In this document: positions 16,049-27,339 of the stretch, piece after piece
How the letters are laid out: every line of letters starts with the position of its first letter
How positions within the stretch are numbered: position 1 is the stretch's first letter
From: Escherichia coli
Lineage (GTDB): Bacteria; Pseudomonadota; Gammaproteobacteria; Enterobacterales; Enterobacteriaceae
Strand: one strand, 5' to 3'
NCBI RefSeq assembly: GCF_003334335.1
Contig: NZ_QOWQ01000047.1
DNA: 31,056 nt
Made by a program: the position numbers and the translations under genes
Notes under the pieces: model-generated
The model's database searches: none
What the model was told of the DNA's origin: nothing
Seen by the model: only the letters and a program-made list of their open reading frames with translations

Positions 16049-18196
16049 ATGAACGTTATTGCAATATTGAATCACATGGGGGTTTATTTTAAAGAAGAAC
16101 CCATCCGTGAACTTCATCGCGCGCTTGAACGTCTGAACTTCCAGATTGTTTACCCGAACGACCGTGACGACTTATTAAAACTGATCGAAAACAATGCGCG
16201 TCTGTGCGGCGTTATTTTTGACTGGGATAAATATAATCTCGAGCTGTGCGAAGAAATTAGCAAAATGAACGAGAACCTGCCGTTGTACGCGTTCGCTAAT
16301 ACGTATTCCACTCTCGATGTAAGCCTGAATGACCTGCGTTTACAGATTAGCTTCTTTGAATATGCGCTGGGTGCTGCTGAAGATATTGCTAATAAGATCA
16401 AGCAGACCACTGACGAATATATCAACACTATTCTGCCTCCGCTGACTAAAGCACTGTTTAAATATGTTCGTGAAGGTAAATATACTTTCTGTACTCCTGG
16501 TCACATGGGCGGTACTGCATTCCAGAAAAGCCCGGTAGGTAGCCTGTTCTATGATTTCTTTGGTCCGAATACCATGAAATCTGATATTTCCATTTCAGTA
16601 TCTGAACTGGGTTCTCTGCTGGATCACAGTGGTCCACACAAAGAAGCAGAACAGTATATCGCTCGCGTCTTTAACGCAGACCGCAGCTACATGGTGACCA
16701 ACGGTACTTCCACTGCGAACAAAATTGTTGGTATGTACTCTGCTCCAGCAGGCAGCACCATTCTGATTGACCGTAACTGCCACAAATCGCTGACCCACCT
16801 GATGATGATGAGCGATGTTACGCCAATCTATTTCCGCCCGACCCGTAACGCTTACGGTATTCTTGGTGGTATCCCACAGAGTGAATTCCAGCACGCTACC
16901 ATTGCTAAGCGCGTGAAAGAAACACCAAACGCAACCTGGCCGGTACATGCTGTAATTACCAACTCTACCTATGATGGTCTGCTGTACAACACCGACTTCA
17001 TCAAGAAAACACTGGATGTGAAATCCATCCACTTTGACTCCGCGTGGGTGCCTTACACCAACTTCTCACCGATTTACGAAGGTAAATGCGGTATGAGCGG
17101 TGGCCGTGTAGAAGGGAAAGTGATTTACGAAACCCAGTCCACTCACAAACTGCTGGCGGCGTTCTCTCAGGCTTCCATGATCCACGTTAAAGGTGACGTA
17201 AACGAAGAAACCTTTAACGAAGCCTACATGATGCACACCACCACTTCTCCGCACTACGGTATCGTGGCGTCCACTGAAACCGCTGCGGCGATGATGAAAG
17301 GCAATGCAGGTAAGCGTCTGATCAACGGTTCTATTGAACGTGCGATCAAATTCCGTAAAGAGATCAAACGTCTGAGAACGGAATCTGATGGCTGGTTCTT
17401 TGATGTATGGCAGCCGGATCATATCGATACGACTGAATGCTGGCCGCTGCGTTCTGACAGCACCTGGCACGGCTTCAAAAACATCGATAACGAGCACATG
17501 TATCTTGACCCGATCAAAGTCACCCTGCTGACTCCGGGGATGGAAAAAGACGGCACCATGAGCGACTTTGGTATTCCGGCCAGCATCGTGGCGAAATACC
17601 TCGACGAACATGGCATCGTTGTTGAGAAAACCGGTCCGTATAACCTGCTGTTCCTGTTCAGCATCGGTATCGATAAGACCAAAGCACTGAGCCTGCTGCG
17701 TGCTCTGACTGACTTTAAACGTGCGTTCGACCTGAACCTGCGTGTGAAAAACATGCTGCCGTCTCTGTATCGTGAAGATCCTGAATTCTATGAAAACATG
17801 CGTATTCAGGAACTGGCTCAGAATATCCACAAACTGATTGTTCACCACAATCTGCCGGATCTGATGTATCGCGCATTTGAAGTGCTGCCGACGATGGTAA
17901 TGACTCCGTATGCTGCATTCCAGAAAGAGCTGCACGGTATGACCGAAGAAGTTTACCTCGACGAAATGGTAGGTCGTATTAACGCCAATATGATCCTTCC
18001 GTACCCGCCGGGAGTTCCTCTGGTAATGCCGGGTGAAATGATCACCGAAGAAAGCCGTCCGGTTCTGGAGTTCCTGCAGATGCTGTGTGAAATCGGCGCT
18101 CACTATCCGGGCTTTGAAACCGATATTCACGGTGCATACCGTCAGGCTGATGGCCGCTATACCGTTAAGGTATTGAAAGAAGAAAGCAAAAAATAA
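16049..18196 (+). CDS. cadA: CadA inducible lysine decarboxylase
   Basis: 715 aa from the ATG at 16049 (MNVIAILNHMGVYFKEEP…), which matches recalled K-12 CadA. The 13 extra codons in the track ORF (16010) lack support, and the RBS lies upstream of 16049. Confidence 0.97.
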   Translation: MNVIAILNHMGVYFKEEPIRELHRALERLNFQIVYPNDRDDLLKLIENNARLCGVIFDWDKYNLELCEEISKMNENLPLYAFANTYSTLDVSLNDLRLQISFFEYALGAAEDIANKIKQTTDEYINTILPPLTKALFKYVREGKYTFCTPGHMGGTAFQKSPVGSLFYDFFGPNTMKSDISISVSELGSLLDHSGPHKEAEQYIARVFNADRSYMVTNGTSTANKIVGMYSAPAGSTILIDRNCHKSLTHLMMMSDVTPIYFRPTRNAYGILGGIPQSEFQHATIAKRVKETPNATWPVHAVITNSTYDGLLYNTDFIKKTLDVKSIHFDSAWVPYTNFSPIYEGKCGMSGGRVEGKVIYETQSTHKLLAAFSQASMIHVKGDVNEETFNEAYMMHTTTSPHYGIVASTETAAAMMKGNAGKRLINGSIERAIKFRKEIKRLRTESDGWFFDVWQPDHIDTTECWPLRSDSTWHGFKNIDNEHMYLDPIKVTLLTPGMEKDGTMSDFGIPASIVAKYLDEHGIVVEKTGPYNLLFLFSIGIDKTKALSLLRALTDFKRAFDLNLRVKNMLPSLYREDPEFYENMRIQELAQNIHKLIVHHNLPDLMYRAFEVLPTMVMTPYAAFQKELHGMTEEVYLDEMVGRINANMILPYPPGVPLVMPGEMITEESRPVLEFLQMLCEIGAHYPGFETDIHGAYRQADGRYTVKVLKEESKK

Positions 18197-18207
18197 TTAG
18201 CTCGTAC

Positions 18208-18238
18208 AAGGGAAGTGGCTTGCCACTTCCCTTTTTTG
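18208..18238 (+). terminator. cadBA rho-independent terminator
   Basis: GGGAAGTGG (18210-18218) pairs with CCACTTCCC (18223-18231) around a 4-nt loop, followed by TTTTTT. Confidence 0.85.
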
Positions 18239-18254
18239 CTCATAAGGAGAACAC

Positions 18255-19712
18255 ATGAAAACACCCTCACAGCCGCGCGCGATATACTATATCGTGGCGA
18301 TCCAAATCTGGGAGTACTTCAGTTTTTACGGCATGCGTGCCTTACTCATTCTCTATCTCACCCATCAGCTTGGTTTTGATGATAACCATGCCATCAGCCT
18401 GTTCAGCGCATATGCTTCTCTGGTTTACGTTACCCCTATTCTCGGCGGCTGGCTTGCCGACCGCCTGCTCGGCAACCGCACTGCAGTGATTGCCGGCGCG
18501 CTGTTAATGACCCTTGGCCATGTGGTGCTGGGTATTGATACAAATTCAACCTTTAGCCTGTATCTGGCGCTGGCAATCATTATTTGTGGCTACGGTTTAT
18601 TCAAATCAAACATCAGCTGTTTGCTTGGCGAGCTCTACGACGAGAACGATCATCGACGTGATGGCGGTTTTTCGCTGCTGTATGCTGCGGGCAATATCGG
18701 TTCTATCGCAGCCCCAATCGCCTGCGGCCTGGCTGCTCAGTGGTATGGATGGCATGTTGGCTTTGCCCTTGCGGGTGGCGGCATGTTTATCGGTTTGTTG
18801 ATTTTCTTAAGCGGTCATCGTCATTTCCAGTCCACACGTAGTATGGATAAAAAAGCGCTCACTAGTGTCAAATTTGCCTTACCAGTATGGAGCTGGTTAG
18901 TGGTGATGCTCTGTTTAGCCCCAGTATTTTTTACTCTGCTGCTGGAGAACGACTGGTCCGGATATTTGCTGGCGATCGTTTGCCTCATTGCCGCACAAAT
19001 CATTGCCCGCATGATGATCAAATTCCCCGAACATCGCCGTGCTCTTTGGCAAATTGTATTGTTGATGTTTGTCGGGACATTGTTCTGGGTACTGGCACAA
19101 CAGGGCGGCAGTACCATCAGCTTGTTTATCGATCGCTTTGTGAATCGTCAGGCATTCAATATTGAAGTACCTACAGCACTATTCCAGTCGGTGAATGCAA
19201 TTGCGGTGATGCTCGCTGGGGTTGTACTGGCCTGGCTGGCGTCGCCAGAAAGCCGCGGCAACTCAACATTGCGCGTCTGGCTGAAGTTTGCCTTTGGCTT
19301 ACTGCTGATGGCTTGTGGCTTTATGTTGTTGGCATTTGATGCCCGACATGCAGCGGCTGACGGTCAAGCGTCAATGGGCGTGATGATATCCGGGCTGGCG
19401 CTAATGGGCTTTGCCGAACTCTTTATTGACCCGGTGGCGATTGCGCAAATCACGCGTCTGAAAATGTCTGGCGTATTAACCGGGATTTATATGCTGGCAA
19501 CAGGCGCGGTCGCCAACTGGCTGGCAGGCGTCGTGGCACAGCAGACGACAGAGTCGCAAATTAGCGGTATGGCAATTGCAGCTTACCAGCGATTCTTTTC
19601 TCAGATGGGAGAGTGGACGTTGGCTTGTGTCGCGATCATCGTCGTATTGGCCTTTGCTACCCGTTTTCTGTTTAGCACGCCGACGAATATGATACAGGAG
19701 AGCAACGATTAA
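18255..19712 (+). CDS. dtpC: DtpC (YjdL) proton-dependent dipeptide/tripeptide permease (POT family)
   Basis: 485 aa with an AAGGAG RBS. The sequence ([35 protein letters not shown]…) matches recalled DtpC. Confidence 0.95.
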   Translation: MKTPSQPRAIYYIVAIQIWEYFSFYGMRALLILYLTHQLGFDDNHAISLFSAYASLVYVTPILGGWLADRLLGNRTAVIAGALLMTLGHVVLGIDTNSTFSLYLALAIIICGYGLFKSNISCLLGELYDENDHRRDGGFSLLYAAGNIGSIAAPIACGLAAQWYGWHVGFALAGGGMFIGLLIFLSGHRHFQSTRSMDKKALTSVKFALPVWSWLVVMLCLAPVFFTLLLENDWSGYLLAIVCLIAAQIIARMMIKFPEHRRALWQIVLLMFVGTLFWVLAQQGGSTISLFIDRFVNRQAFNIEVPTALFQSVNAIAVMLAGVVLAWLASPESRGNSTLRVWLKFAFGLLLMACGFMLLAFDARHAAADGQASMGVMISGLALMGFAELFIDPVAIAQITRLKMSGVLTGIYMLATGAVANWLAGVVAQQTTESQISGMAIAAYQRFFSQMGEWTLACVAIIVVLAFATRFLFSTPTNMIQESND

Positions 19713-19948
19713 CTGTCGTAAAAACAATTGGTTATGAATAAATTAACTTTCAGTTTATAACACTAACAAATCGAGATTAATAAGTCATTTAAACCATTTT
19801 GATGGTTATTTATTAGTGATATCAACTTGAGGTAAGCGTTAGTTTCGATAAGATAAACTGAGTTACTAATAGTCGAGGCAGATAATACAGTGTACCGATC
19901 TGTCTCTTTATCTACGCTAAATTGAAAGCTGGATTTAGAGGAACCAAA

Positions 19949-21466
19949 ATGTCTGAACAAGAAACACGGGGAGCCAATGAGGCTATTGATTTTAACGATG
20001 AACTGAGAAATCGCCGCGAAAAACTGGCGGCACTACGTCAGCAAGGTGTGGCGTTTCCCAATGATTTTCGCCGCGACCATACCTCTGACCAGTTGCACGA
20101 AGAGTTTGATGCGAAGGATAACCAGGAACTGGAATCCTTAAACATTGAAGTCTCGGTTGCTGGCCGAATGATGACCCGTCGTATCATGGGGAAAGCCTCC
20201 TTTGTAACGTTGCAGGATGTCGGTGGCCGTATTCAACTGTACGTTGCAAGAGATAGCCTGCCAGAAGGTGTTTATAACGATCAGTTTAAAAAATGGGATC
20301 TGGGTGACATTATCGGTGCCCGCGGTACGCTGTTTAAGACGCAAACGGGTGAGCTTTCCATTCACTGTACTGAGCTGCGCCTGCTGACTAAAGCACTACG
20401 TCCTTTACCAGATAAATTCCATGGTCTGCAGGATCAGGAAGTCCGTTATCGTCAACGTTATCTGGACCTCATCGCTAACGATAAATCCCGTCAAACGTTT
20501 GTTGTCCGTTCAAAAATTCTGGCCGCTATCCGTCAATTCATGGTCGCGCGCGGCTTTATGGAAGTAGAAACCCCGATGATGCAGGTAATTCCAGGTGGGG
20601 CATCTGCTCGCCCGTTTATTACCCATCATAATGCTCTGGATTTAGATATGTATCTGCGTATCGCGCCGGAGCTGTATCTGAAACGTCTGGTTGTAGGCGG
20701 TTTTGAACGGGTATTCGAAATCAACCGTAACTTCCGTAATGAAGGTATTTCTGTTCGCCATAATCCTGAGTTCACAATGATGGAACTCTACATGGCGTAT
20801 GCGGATTACCACGATTTGATTGAACTGACAGAGTCACTGTTCCGCACCCTGGCACAAGAGGTTCTGGGTACCACTAAAGTCACTTATGGCGAGCATGTGT
20901 TTGATTTCGGCAAACCGTTTGAAAAACTCACCATGCGCGAAGCAATCAAAAAATATCGTCCAGAAACCGATATGGCCGACCTGGATAATTTTGATGCTGC
21001 TAAAGCATTAGCTGAATCTATCGGTATTACGGTAGAGAAAAGCTGGGGGTTGGGACGTATTGTCACAGAGATCTTTGATGAAGTGGCAGAAGCACATCTG
21101 ATTCAGCCAACCTTTATTACGGAATATCCGGCAGAAGTGTCCCCGCTGGCACGCCGTAATGATGTTAACCCGGAAATCACCGACCGTTTTGAATTCTTCA
21201 TCGGTGGTCGTGAAATCGGTAATGGTTTTAGCGAATTAAACGACGCAGAAGATCAGGCTGAACGTTTCCAGGAACAGGTTAATGCTAAAGCTGCAGGTGA
21301 CGACGAAGCCATGTTCTATGACGAAGATTACGTGACTGCGCTGGAATATGGTCTGCCGCCAACCGCTGGTCTGGGTATTGGTATCGACCGAATGATTATG
21401 CTGTTTACTAACAGCCATACTATTCGCGACGTTATTCTCTTCCCGGCGATGCGCCCACAGAAATAA
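19949..21466 (+). CDS. lysU: LysU, the heat-inducible lysyl-tRNA synthetase
   Basis: 505 aa from the ATG at 19949 ([33 protein letters not shown]…), with class II aaRS motifs. The track start at 19922 is a TTG extension. Confidence 0.96.
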
Positions 21467-21477
21467 ATTTCACTTTA

Positions 21478-21511
21478 ATGAACGAAGCAGTCAGGCGACT
21501 GCTTCGTTCAT
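21478..21511. terminator. Perfect 15-bp-arm hairpin between the convergent lysU and ghoT genes, probably a bidirectional terminator
   Basis: ATGAACGAAGCAGTC (21478-21492), loop AGGC, then GACTGCTTCGTTCAT (21497-21511). Confidence 0.65.
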
Positions 21512-21584
21512 CGTTCCGCAAATCCAGTTTTGAGGAGAGACGCTTCGTTTCACGATAACCAGCGGGTCCACTCAACTACAGCTC

Positions 21585-21758
21585 CTAAAAGAGAGAAAAA
21601 AGTAATGCCACAGGCAGACTCATTGGCCAGGTTATTCCGACCAGGAATGCACTAAGTAAACGAATATGTGTTTTCTCATGTGAGATAAACCAGATAATGA
21701 CAAAGGATATGTTCACACCAATCACATAAAAAATTAATATTTTAGAGAATAGTGCCAT
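21585..21758 (-). CDS. ghoT: GhoT, the small membrane-lytic toxin of the type V TA system
   Basis: It is not in the ORF track because it is only 57 aa. Hand translation of the - strand gives MALFSKILIFYVIGVNISFVIIWFISHEKTHIRLLSAFLVGITWPMSLPVALLFSLF*, matching recalled GhoT. It lies 27 nt downstream of ghoS. Confidence 0.9.
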   Translation of the reverse strand: MALFSKILIFYVIGVNISFVIIWFISHEKTHIRLLSAFLVGITWPMSLPVALLFSLF

Positions 21759-21785
21759 TTTTTATGTTCTTCTTATCCTTCCTGG

Positions 21786-22082
21786 CTACTTGTAAAACTG
21801 ACGGAAATAGTCATCAACTGTCATAATGTTGAGGTCAAAATCAATATCCGGTAAGTCTAAGCATTTGAGCCTGATTAAATCTTCGATTTCACTTGCGGCT
21901 AACGATGTCGTTATTGCGAAGGAGTTTTCATTCAATTGTCGTGGTATCCCATATTCATCAGCCACGATAGAGGAGAAATTCATATCATACATCAATGATC
22001 TTAATCTTAAGAACACTGAGGAATAAGATGATGGATAATCAAAAGAAACAACATAAGTATTGAACTTGTTTTTACCTTCCAT
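21786..22082 (-). CDS. ghoS: GhoS, the type V antitoxin (an endoribonuclease that cleaves ghoT mRNA)
   Basis: 98 aa (MEGKNKFNTYVVSFDYPSSYSSVFLRLRSLMYDMNF…), matching recalled GhoS (YjdK). Confidence 0.93.
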   Translation of the reverse strand: MEGKNKFNTYVVSFDYPSSYSSVFLRLRSLMYDMNFSSIVADEYGIPRQLNENSFAITTSLAASEIEDLIRLKCLDLPDIDFDLNIMTVDDYFRQFYK

Positions 22083-22308
22083 AATATGACTCCTATCAAT
22101 ATTAAACGCTCTGGGGACGCAAAACTTATTAACCCCGATTGATGATTCTCATATAGGAGATATTCTTTTTTTTGCTCAGTAAAGGGGATGACTTGGGACA
22201 AAAAAACGCGCTCTCTGCCCATTCTTTGTGCATCCCCCTACCCTTCAGATGCTCTCCTGCATCACATCGCGGAGAGAATGAAAAATATCGTGACTCTGTA
22301 CTCTCCCA

Positions 22309-22581
22309 TCAACTGCGAATATCATCATACTCCCGCGTTTTATCAAATTCATGTTTCGCAAATGGGCATAATGGGATAATTTTTCGTTTTTCCCGACGCA
22401 TTTTTTCCACGACTTTCGCAACCAGCTGTTTACCAATCCCTTGCCCTTTCAGGCTTTCATCGACATCGGTATGTTCGATAATCGCTAAATTCTCTCCGGT
22501 CGGCACAAAGACAATTTCAGCGATTTGCTTGCCTTGTTTGTCATTAATGTAAAATTTATTGTGGCCTTCGCGTATTTCCAT
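22309..22581 (-). CDS. yjdJ: YjdJ, a small GNAT-family acetyltransferase-like protein
   Basis: 90 aa with the Q/RxxGxG/A-type motif ([10 protein letters not shown]). K-12 synteny supports the call. Confidence 0.9.
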
Positions 22582-22592
22582 TTTACCCTCGC

Positions 22593-22823
22593 TTATTTAT
22601 GACGGTATTTCAGCGCGCCGCTCGGGCACGTATCAATCACTTTAACCACAGTGGCGACGTCGACTTCATCCGGCATGATCCACGGCTTTCGTTTGAGATT
22701 AAATAACTTGCCGTTGCCACGTACGCAATTGCCAGAATGCTGACATATCGCAGTGTTGAAATAGACATCGAGCTTTTCGCCGGTATAACAGCGATAACCC
22801 CCGTCCAGTAGCGCCTGATCCAT
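22593..22823 (-). CDS. yjdI: YjdI, a small Cys-rich (divergent 4Fe-4S mono-cluster type) protein
   Basis: 76 aa carrying Cys residues (C…CQHSGNC…C). K-12 synteny supports the call. Confidence 0.9.
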
Positions 22824-23003
22824 GACCTTCCCTCTCTCATCAGTATGATTATCGCTATAAGCATAGCCCCGGAATCTTCATACAGCACTGGCAGTTTCCG
22901 TTGCCAGAGTCTCTTCCCCTATATAGCCAATCATTCTTACTCCCTTTGAATTACCCGCCTCATCAGAGATAATGCTTAAGAAATTTGTCACACAAGGAAG
23001 CTG

Positions 23004-24635
23004 ATGAGACATTCATTGCCCTACCGCATGTTACGCAAACGTCCGATGAAATTGAGTACCACAGTGATCTTAATGGTCAGTGCGGTACTGTTCTCGGTGC
23101 TATTGGTGGTGCATCTGATTTACTTCTCGCAAATCAGTGATATGACGCGAGATGGGCTAGCCAACAAGGCACTGGCAGTGGCGCGTACCCTCGCCGACTC
23201 GCCGGAAATCCGTCAGGGCTTGCAGAAAAAACCGCAGGAGAGTGGCATCCAGGCCATCGCGGAAGCCGTACGCAAACGCAACGATCTGCTGTTTATTGTC
23301 GTTACCGATATGCAAAGTCTTCGCTACTCGCATCCTGAAGCCCAGCGTATTGGTCAGCCATTTAAAGGTGATGACATCCTTAAAGCGCTGAATGGCGAAG
23401 AAAATGTCGCTATCAATCGCGGTTTTCTGGCGCAGGCTTTACGCGTATTTACCCCCATCTACGATGAAAATCATAAACAAATTGGCGTGGTGGCGATCGG
23501 CCTTGAGTTAAGCCGTGTGACCCAACAGATCAATGACAGTCGCTGGAGCATTATCTGGTCGGTATTATTTGGCATGCTGGTCGGACTGATTGGCACCTGC
23601 ATTCTGGTTAAGGTACTGAAAAAAATCCTTTTCGGCCTGGAACCCTACGAAATCTCCACGCTGTTTGAGCAACGCCAGGCCATGTTGCAGTCTATCAAAG
23701 AAGGCGTCGTTGCCGTGGACGATCGCGGCGAGGTCACGCTGATCAACGATGCCGCACAAGAATTGCTGAATTACCGTAAGTCGCAGGACGATGAGAAACT
23801 GTCGACGCTAAGCCACTCATGGTCACAGGTGGTAGATGTCTCGGAAGTGTTACGCGACGGTACCCCGCGCCGCGACGAAGAGATTACGATTAAAGACCGG
23901 CTATTACTGATCAACACCGTTCCGGTGCGCAGTAATGGCGTTATCATCGGTGCCATTTCAACCTTCAGGGACAAAACTGAAGTACGTAAACTGATGCAGC
24001 GACTCGACGGTCTGGTCAACTATGCTGACGCACTTCGTGAACGATCCCACGAATTTATGAATAAATTGCATGTGATTCTCGGATTATTGCATCTGAAGAG
24101 TTATAAGCAGTTGGAAGATTACATTCTCAAAACAGCCAATAACTATCAGGAAGAGATTGGCTCTCTGCTGGGTAAGATCAAATCTCCGGTTATCGCTGGT
24201 TTTTTAATCAGCAAGATTAACCGCGCGACCGATTTAGGCCATACGCTGATTTTAAACAGTGAAAGCCAGCTGCCAGACAGCGGCAGTGAGGACCAGGTCG
24301 CGACGCTGATTACCACGTTGGGAAATCTGATAGAAAACGCGCTGGAGGCATTAGGGCCGGAACCCGGAGGCGAAATTAGCGTAACATTGCACTACCGTCA
24401 CGGCTGGCTGCACTGTGAAGTTAATGATGATGGACCGGGGATCGCACCCGATAAAATCGATCACATTTTTGACAAAGGTGTCTCGACAAAAGGAAGCGAG
24501 CGAGGCGTCGGTTTAGCACTTGTCAAACAACAGGTAGAAAATCTCGGCGGCAGCATCGCCGTGGAATCGGAACCCGGGATTTTCACACAATTTTTTGTCC
24601 AGATACCCTGGGACGGGGAGAGGTCGAACAGATGA
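23004..24635 (+). CDS. dcuS: DcuS, the C4-dicarboxylate sensor histidine kinase
   Basis: 543 aa with two TM segments flanking a periplasmic PDC domain, a PAS domain, and a kinase core (…ERSHEFMNKLHVILGLL…). It matches recalled K-12 DcuS. Confidence 0.97.
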   Translation: MRHSLPYRMLRKRPMKLSTTVILMVSAVLFSVLLVVHLIYFSQISDMTRDGLANKALAVARTLADSPEIRQGLQKKPQESGIQAIAEAVRKRNDLLFIVVTDMQSLRYSHPEAQRIGQPFKGDDILKALNGEENVAINRGFLAQALRVFTPIYDENHKQIGVVAIGLELSRVTQQINDSRWSIIWSVLFGMLVGLIGTCILVKVLKKILFGLEPYEISTLFEQRQAMLQSIKEGVVAVDDRGEVTLINDAAQELLNYRKSQDDEKLSTLSHSWSQVVDVSEVLRDGTPRRDEEITIKDRLLLINTVPVRSNGVIIGAISTFRDKTEVRKLMQRLDGLVNYADALRERSHEFMNKLHVILGLLHLKSYKQLEDYILKTANNYQEEIGSLLGKIKSPVIAGFLISKINRATDLGHTLILNSESQLPDSGSEDQVATLITTLGNLIENALEALGPEPGGEISVTLHYRHGWLHCEVNDDGPGIAPDKIDHIFDKGVSTKGSERGVGLALVKQQVENLGGSIAVESEPGIFTQFFVQIPWDGERSNR

Positions 24636-25351
24636 TCAATGTATTAATTATCGATGACGACGCAATGGTCGCGGAGCTGAATCGCCGATACGTAGCACAA
24701 ATCCTAGGCTTTCAATGCTGTGGAACAGCCTCGACGCTGGAGAAAGCCAAAGAGATTATCTTCAATAGCGATACGCCTATCGACCTGATATTGCTCGATA
24801 TCTATATGCAAAAAGAGAACGGGCTCGATTTACTGCCTGTCCTGCATAACGCGCGTTGCAAAAGTGATGTGATTGTCATCTCCTCCGCAGCCGATGCGGC
24901 AACCATTAAAGATTCGCTGCATTACGGTGTCGTGGATTACCTGATCAAACCCTTCCAGGCTTCCCGCTTTGAAGAGGCGCTCACCGGCTGGCGGCAAAAG
25001 AAAATGGCGCTGGAAAAACATCAGTATTATGACCAGGCCGAGCTTGATCAGCTAATCCACGGCAGCAGCTCCAACGAACAGGATCCTCGTCGCTTGCCAA
25101 AAGGCTTAACGCCGCAGACGTTACGCACACTGTGCCAGTGGATTGACGCGCATCAGGACTATGAATTTTCAACCGACGAGCTAGCCAACGAGGTTAACAT
25201 TTCGCGTGTTTCCTGCCGTAAATACCTCATCTGGCTGGTCAACTGCCACATCTTGTTCACCAGTATCCATTATGGCGTCACGGGGCGTCCAGTTTACCGT
25301 TACCGTATTCAGGCAGAACACTACTCACTACTGAAACAATATTGCCAATAA
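24632..25351 (+). CDS. dcuR: DcuR response regulator (CitB family)
   Basis: 239 aa with a receiver domain (DDD…D at LILLDIYM). Its start overlaps the dcuS stop (ATGA). Confidence 0.97.
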   Translation: MINVLIIDDDAMVAELNRRYVAQILGFQCCGTASTLEKAKEIIFNSDTPIDLILLDIYMQKENGLDLLPVLHNARCKSDVIVISSAADAATIKDSLHYGVVDYLIKPFQASRFEEALTGWRQKKMALEKHQYYDQAELDQLIHGSSSNEQDPRRLPKGLTPQTLRTLCQWIDAHQDYEFSTDELANEVNISRVSCRKYLIWLVNCHILFTSIHYGVTGRPVYRYRIQAEHYSLLKQYCQ

Positions 25352-25403
25352 CGGATCGCTGGTTATCTGTAAGTAATAATTATTACCGTAATGCAAAATA
25401 CCC

Positions 25404-25444
25404 CTGGCACAAGTTACATCCTTCATCAGTAAAACTTGTGCCAG
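25404..25444 (+). terminator. Long hairpin downstream of dcuR
   Basis: CTGGCACAAGTT (25404-25415) pairs perfectly with AACTTGTGCCAG (25433-25444) around a 17-nt loop. No clear T-run follows. Confidence 0.45.
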
Positions 25445-25921
25445 ATCAAATATAATTATCCCTCCATCATCGCTAAAAATTAATATCTCTTCAGGTGAAC
25501 GGTGTTTTTAATTTCAAAACGCTAACAAAAGTTAATTAACTATTATGTCACCCGCATTATGTGTATTTTTACCCACAAATGGGTAGATCAGATTAATCTA
25601 TAAACCTAATGACATCTGCCCTGAGAACAAAAAATAGACCGATAAATATCAATAAGATAACAGCAAACAAAACATTAACATCTGCGCAGTACAAACTATA
25701 AACCCATCGCCAGAGAGTCTTTCTCTCTGAAAAAGCCGCTTATCACAGTGCATAAATTTGCCGCTGCTTTAATCAGCCAATATTCACTGTGAGGTATTTG
25801 CTAAAGCCGGTAACGACCAAACGGATATTTAGTCAGGCTCTGAAAACAGTTCATACAAAACAGAACGTGACTGTGATCTATTCAGCAAAAATTTAAATAG
25901 GATTATCGCGAGGGTTCACAC

Positions 25922-27262
25922 ATGTTATTTACTATCCAACTTATCATAATACTGATATGTCTGTTTTATGGTGCCAGAAAGGGTGGTATCGCGCTGGGTT
26001 TATTAGGCGGTATCGGTCTGGTCATTCTGGTCTTCGTCTTCCACCTTCAGCCAGGTAAACCACCAGTTGATGTCATGCTGGTTATCATTGCGGTGGTGGC
26101 GGCATCGGCGACCTTGCAAGCTTCGGGCGGTCTTGATGTCATGCTGCAAATTGCCGAGAAGCTGCTGCGCCGCAACCCGAAATATGTCTCAATTGTCGCG
26201 CCGTTTGTGACCTGTACACTGACCATTCTTTGCGGTACGGGTCATGTGGTTTACACCATTCTGCCGATCATCTACGACGTCGCCATTAAGAACAACATCC
26301 GTCCGGAACGTCCGATGGCGGCAAGTTCTATCGGTGCACAGATGGGGATTATCGCCAGTCCGGTGTCGGTTGCGGTCGTGTCTCTGGTTGCGATGCTGGG
26401 TAATGTCACCTTTGATGGTCGCCATCTTGAGTTCCTCGATCTGCTGGCAATCACCATTCCATCGACGTTAATCGGTATCCTGGCGATCGGTATCTTCAGC
26501 TGGTTCCGCGGTAAAGATCTGGATAAAGACGAAGAGTTCCAGAAATTCATCTCCGTACCGGAAAACCGTGAGTATGTTTACGGTGATACCGCGACGCTGC
26601 TGGATAAAAAACTGCCGAAAAGCAACTGGCTGGCAATGTGGATTTTCCTCGGGGCAATCGCTGTAGTCGCCCTTCTTGGTGCTGATTCGGACCTGCGTCC
26701 ATCCTTCGGCGGCAAACCGCTGTCGATGGTACTGGTTATTCAGATGTTTATGCTGCTGACCGGGGCGCTGATTATTATCCTGACCAAAACCAATCCCGCG
26801 TCTATCTCAAAAAACGAAGTCTTCCGTTCCGGTATGATCGCCATCGTGGCGGTGTACGGTATCGCATGGATGGCAGAAACCATGTTCGGTGCGCATATGT
26901 CTGAAATTCAGGGCGTACTGGGTGAAATGGTGAAAGAGTATCCGTGGGCCTATGCCATTGTTCTGCTGCTGGTTTCCAAGTTTGTAAACTCTCAGGCTGC
27001 GGCGCTGGCGGCGATTGTTCCGGTCGCGCTGGCGATCGGCGTTGATCCGGCATACATCGTGGCTTCAGCACCGGCTTGCTACGGTTATTACATCCTGCCG
27101 ACTTATCCGAGCGATCTGGCAGCGATTCAGTTTGACCGTTCCGGCACCACCCACATCGGTCGCTTCGTCATCAACCACAGCTTTATTCTGCCGGGGTTGA
27201 TTGGTGTGAGCGTATCGTGCGTCTTCGGCTGGATCTTCGCCGCGATGTACGGGTTCTTATAA
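25922..27262 (+). CDS. dcuB: DcuB, the anaerobic C4-dicarboxylate (fumarate/succinate) antiporter
   Basis: 446 aa, a polytopic membrane protein that matches recalled DcuB. It is preceded by a 570-nt AT-rich regulatory intergenic region, as in K-12. Confidence 0.97.
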
Positions 27263-27271
27263 ATGCACTTT

Positions 27272-27306
27272 GCGTGCCGCCCGTGACTACGCGGCACGCC
27301 ATTTTC
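27272..27306 (+). terminator. Hairpin with a T-run between dcuB and fumB, a terminator or attenuator
   Basis: GCGTGCCGC (27272-27280) pairs with GCGGCACGC (27291-27299) around a 10-nt loop, followed by CATTTTCG. Confidence 0.55.
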
Positions 27307-27339
27307 GAATAACAAATACAGAGTTACAGGCTGGAAGCT

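Noticed and set aside
17066-18130. A 354-aa ORF antisense to cadA, with nested 111-aa and 67-aa frames
   Set aside because: It lies entirely within the well-supported cadA CDS. The product is Arg/Phe/His/Val-rich nonsense typical of the antisense frame of highly expressed genes.
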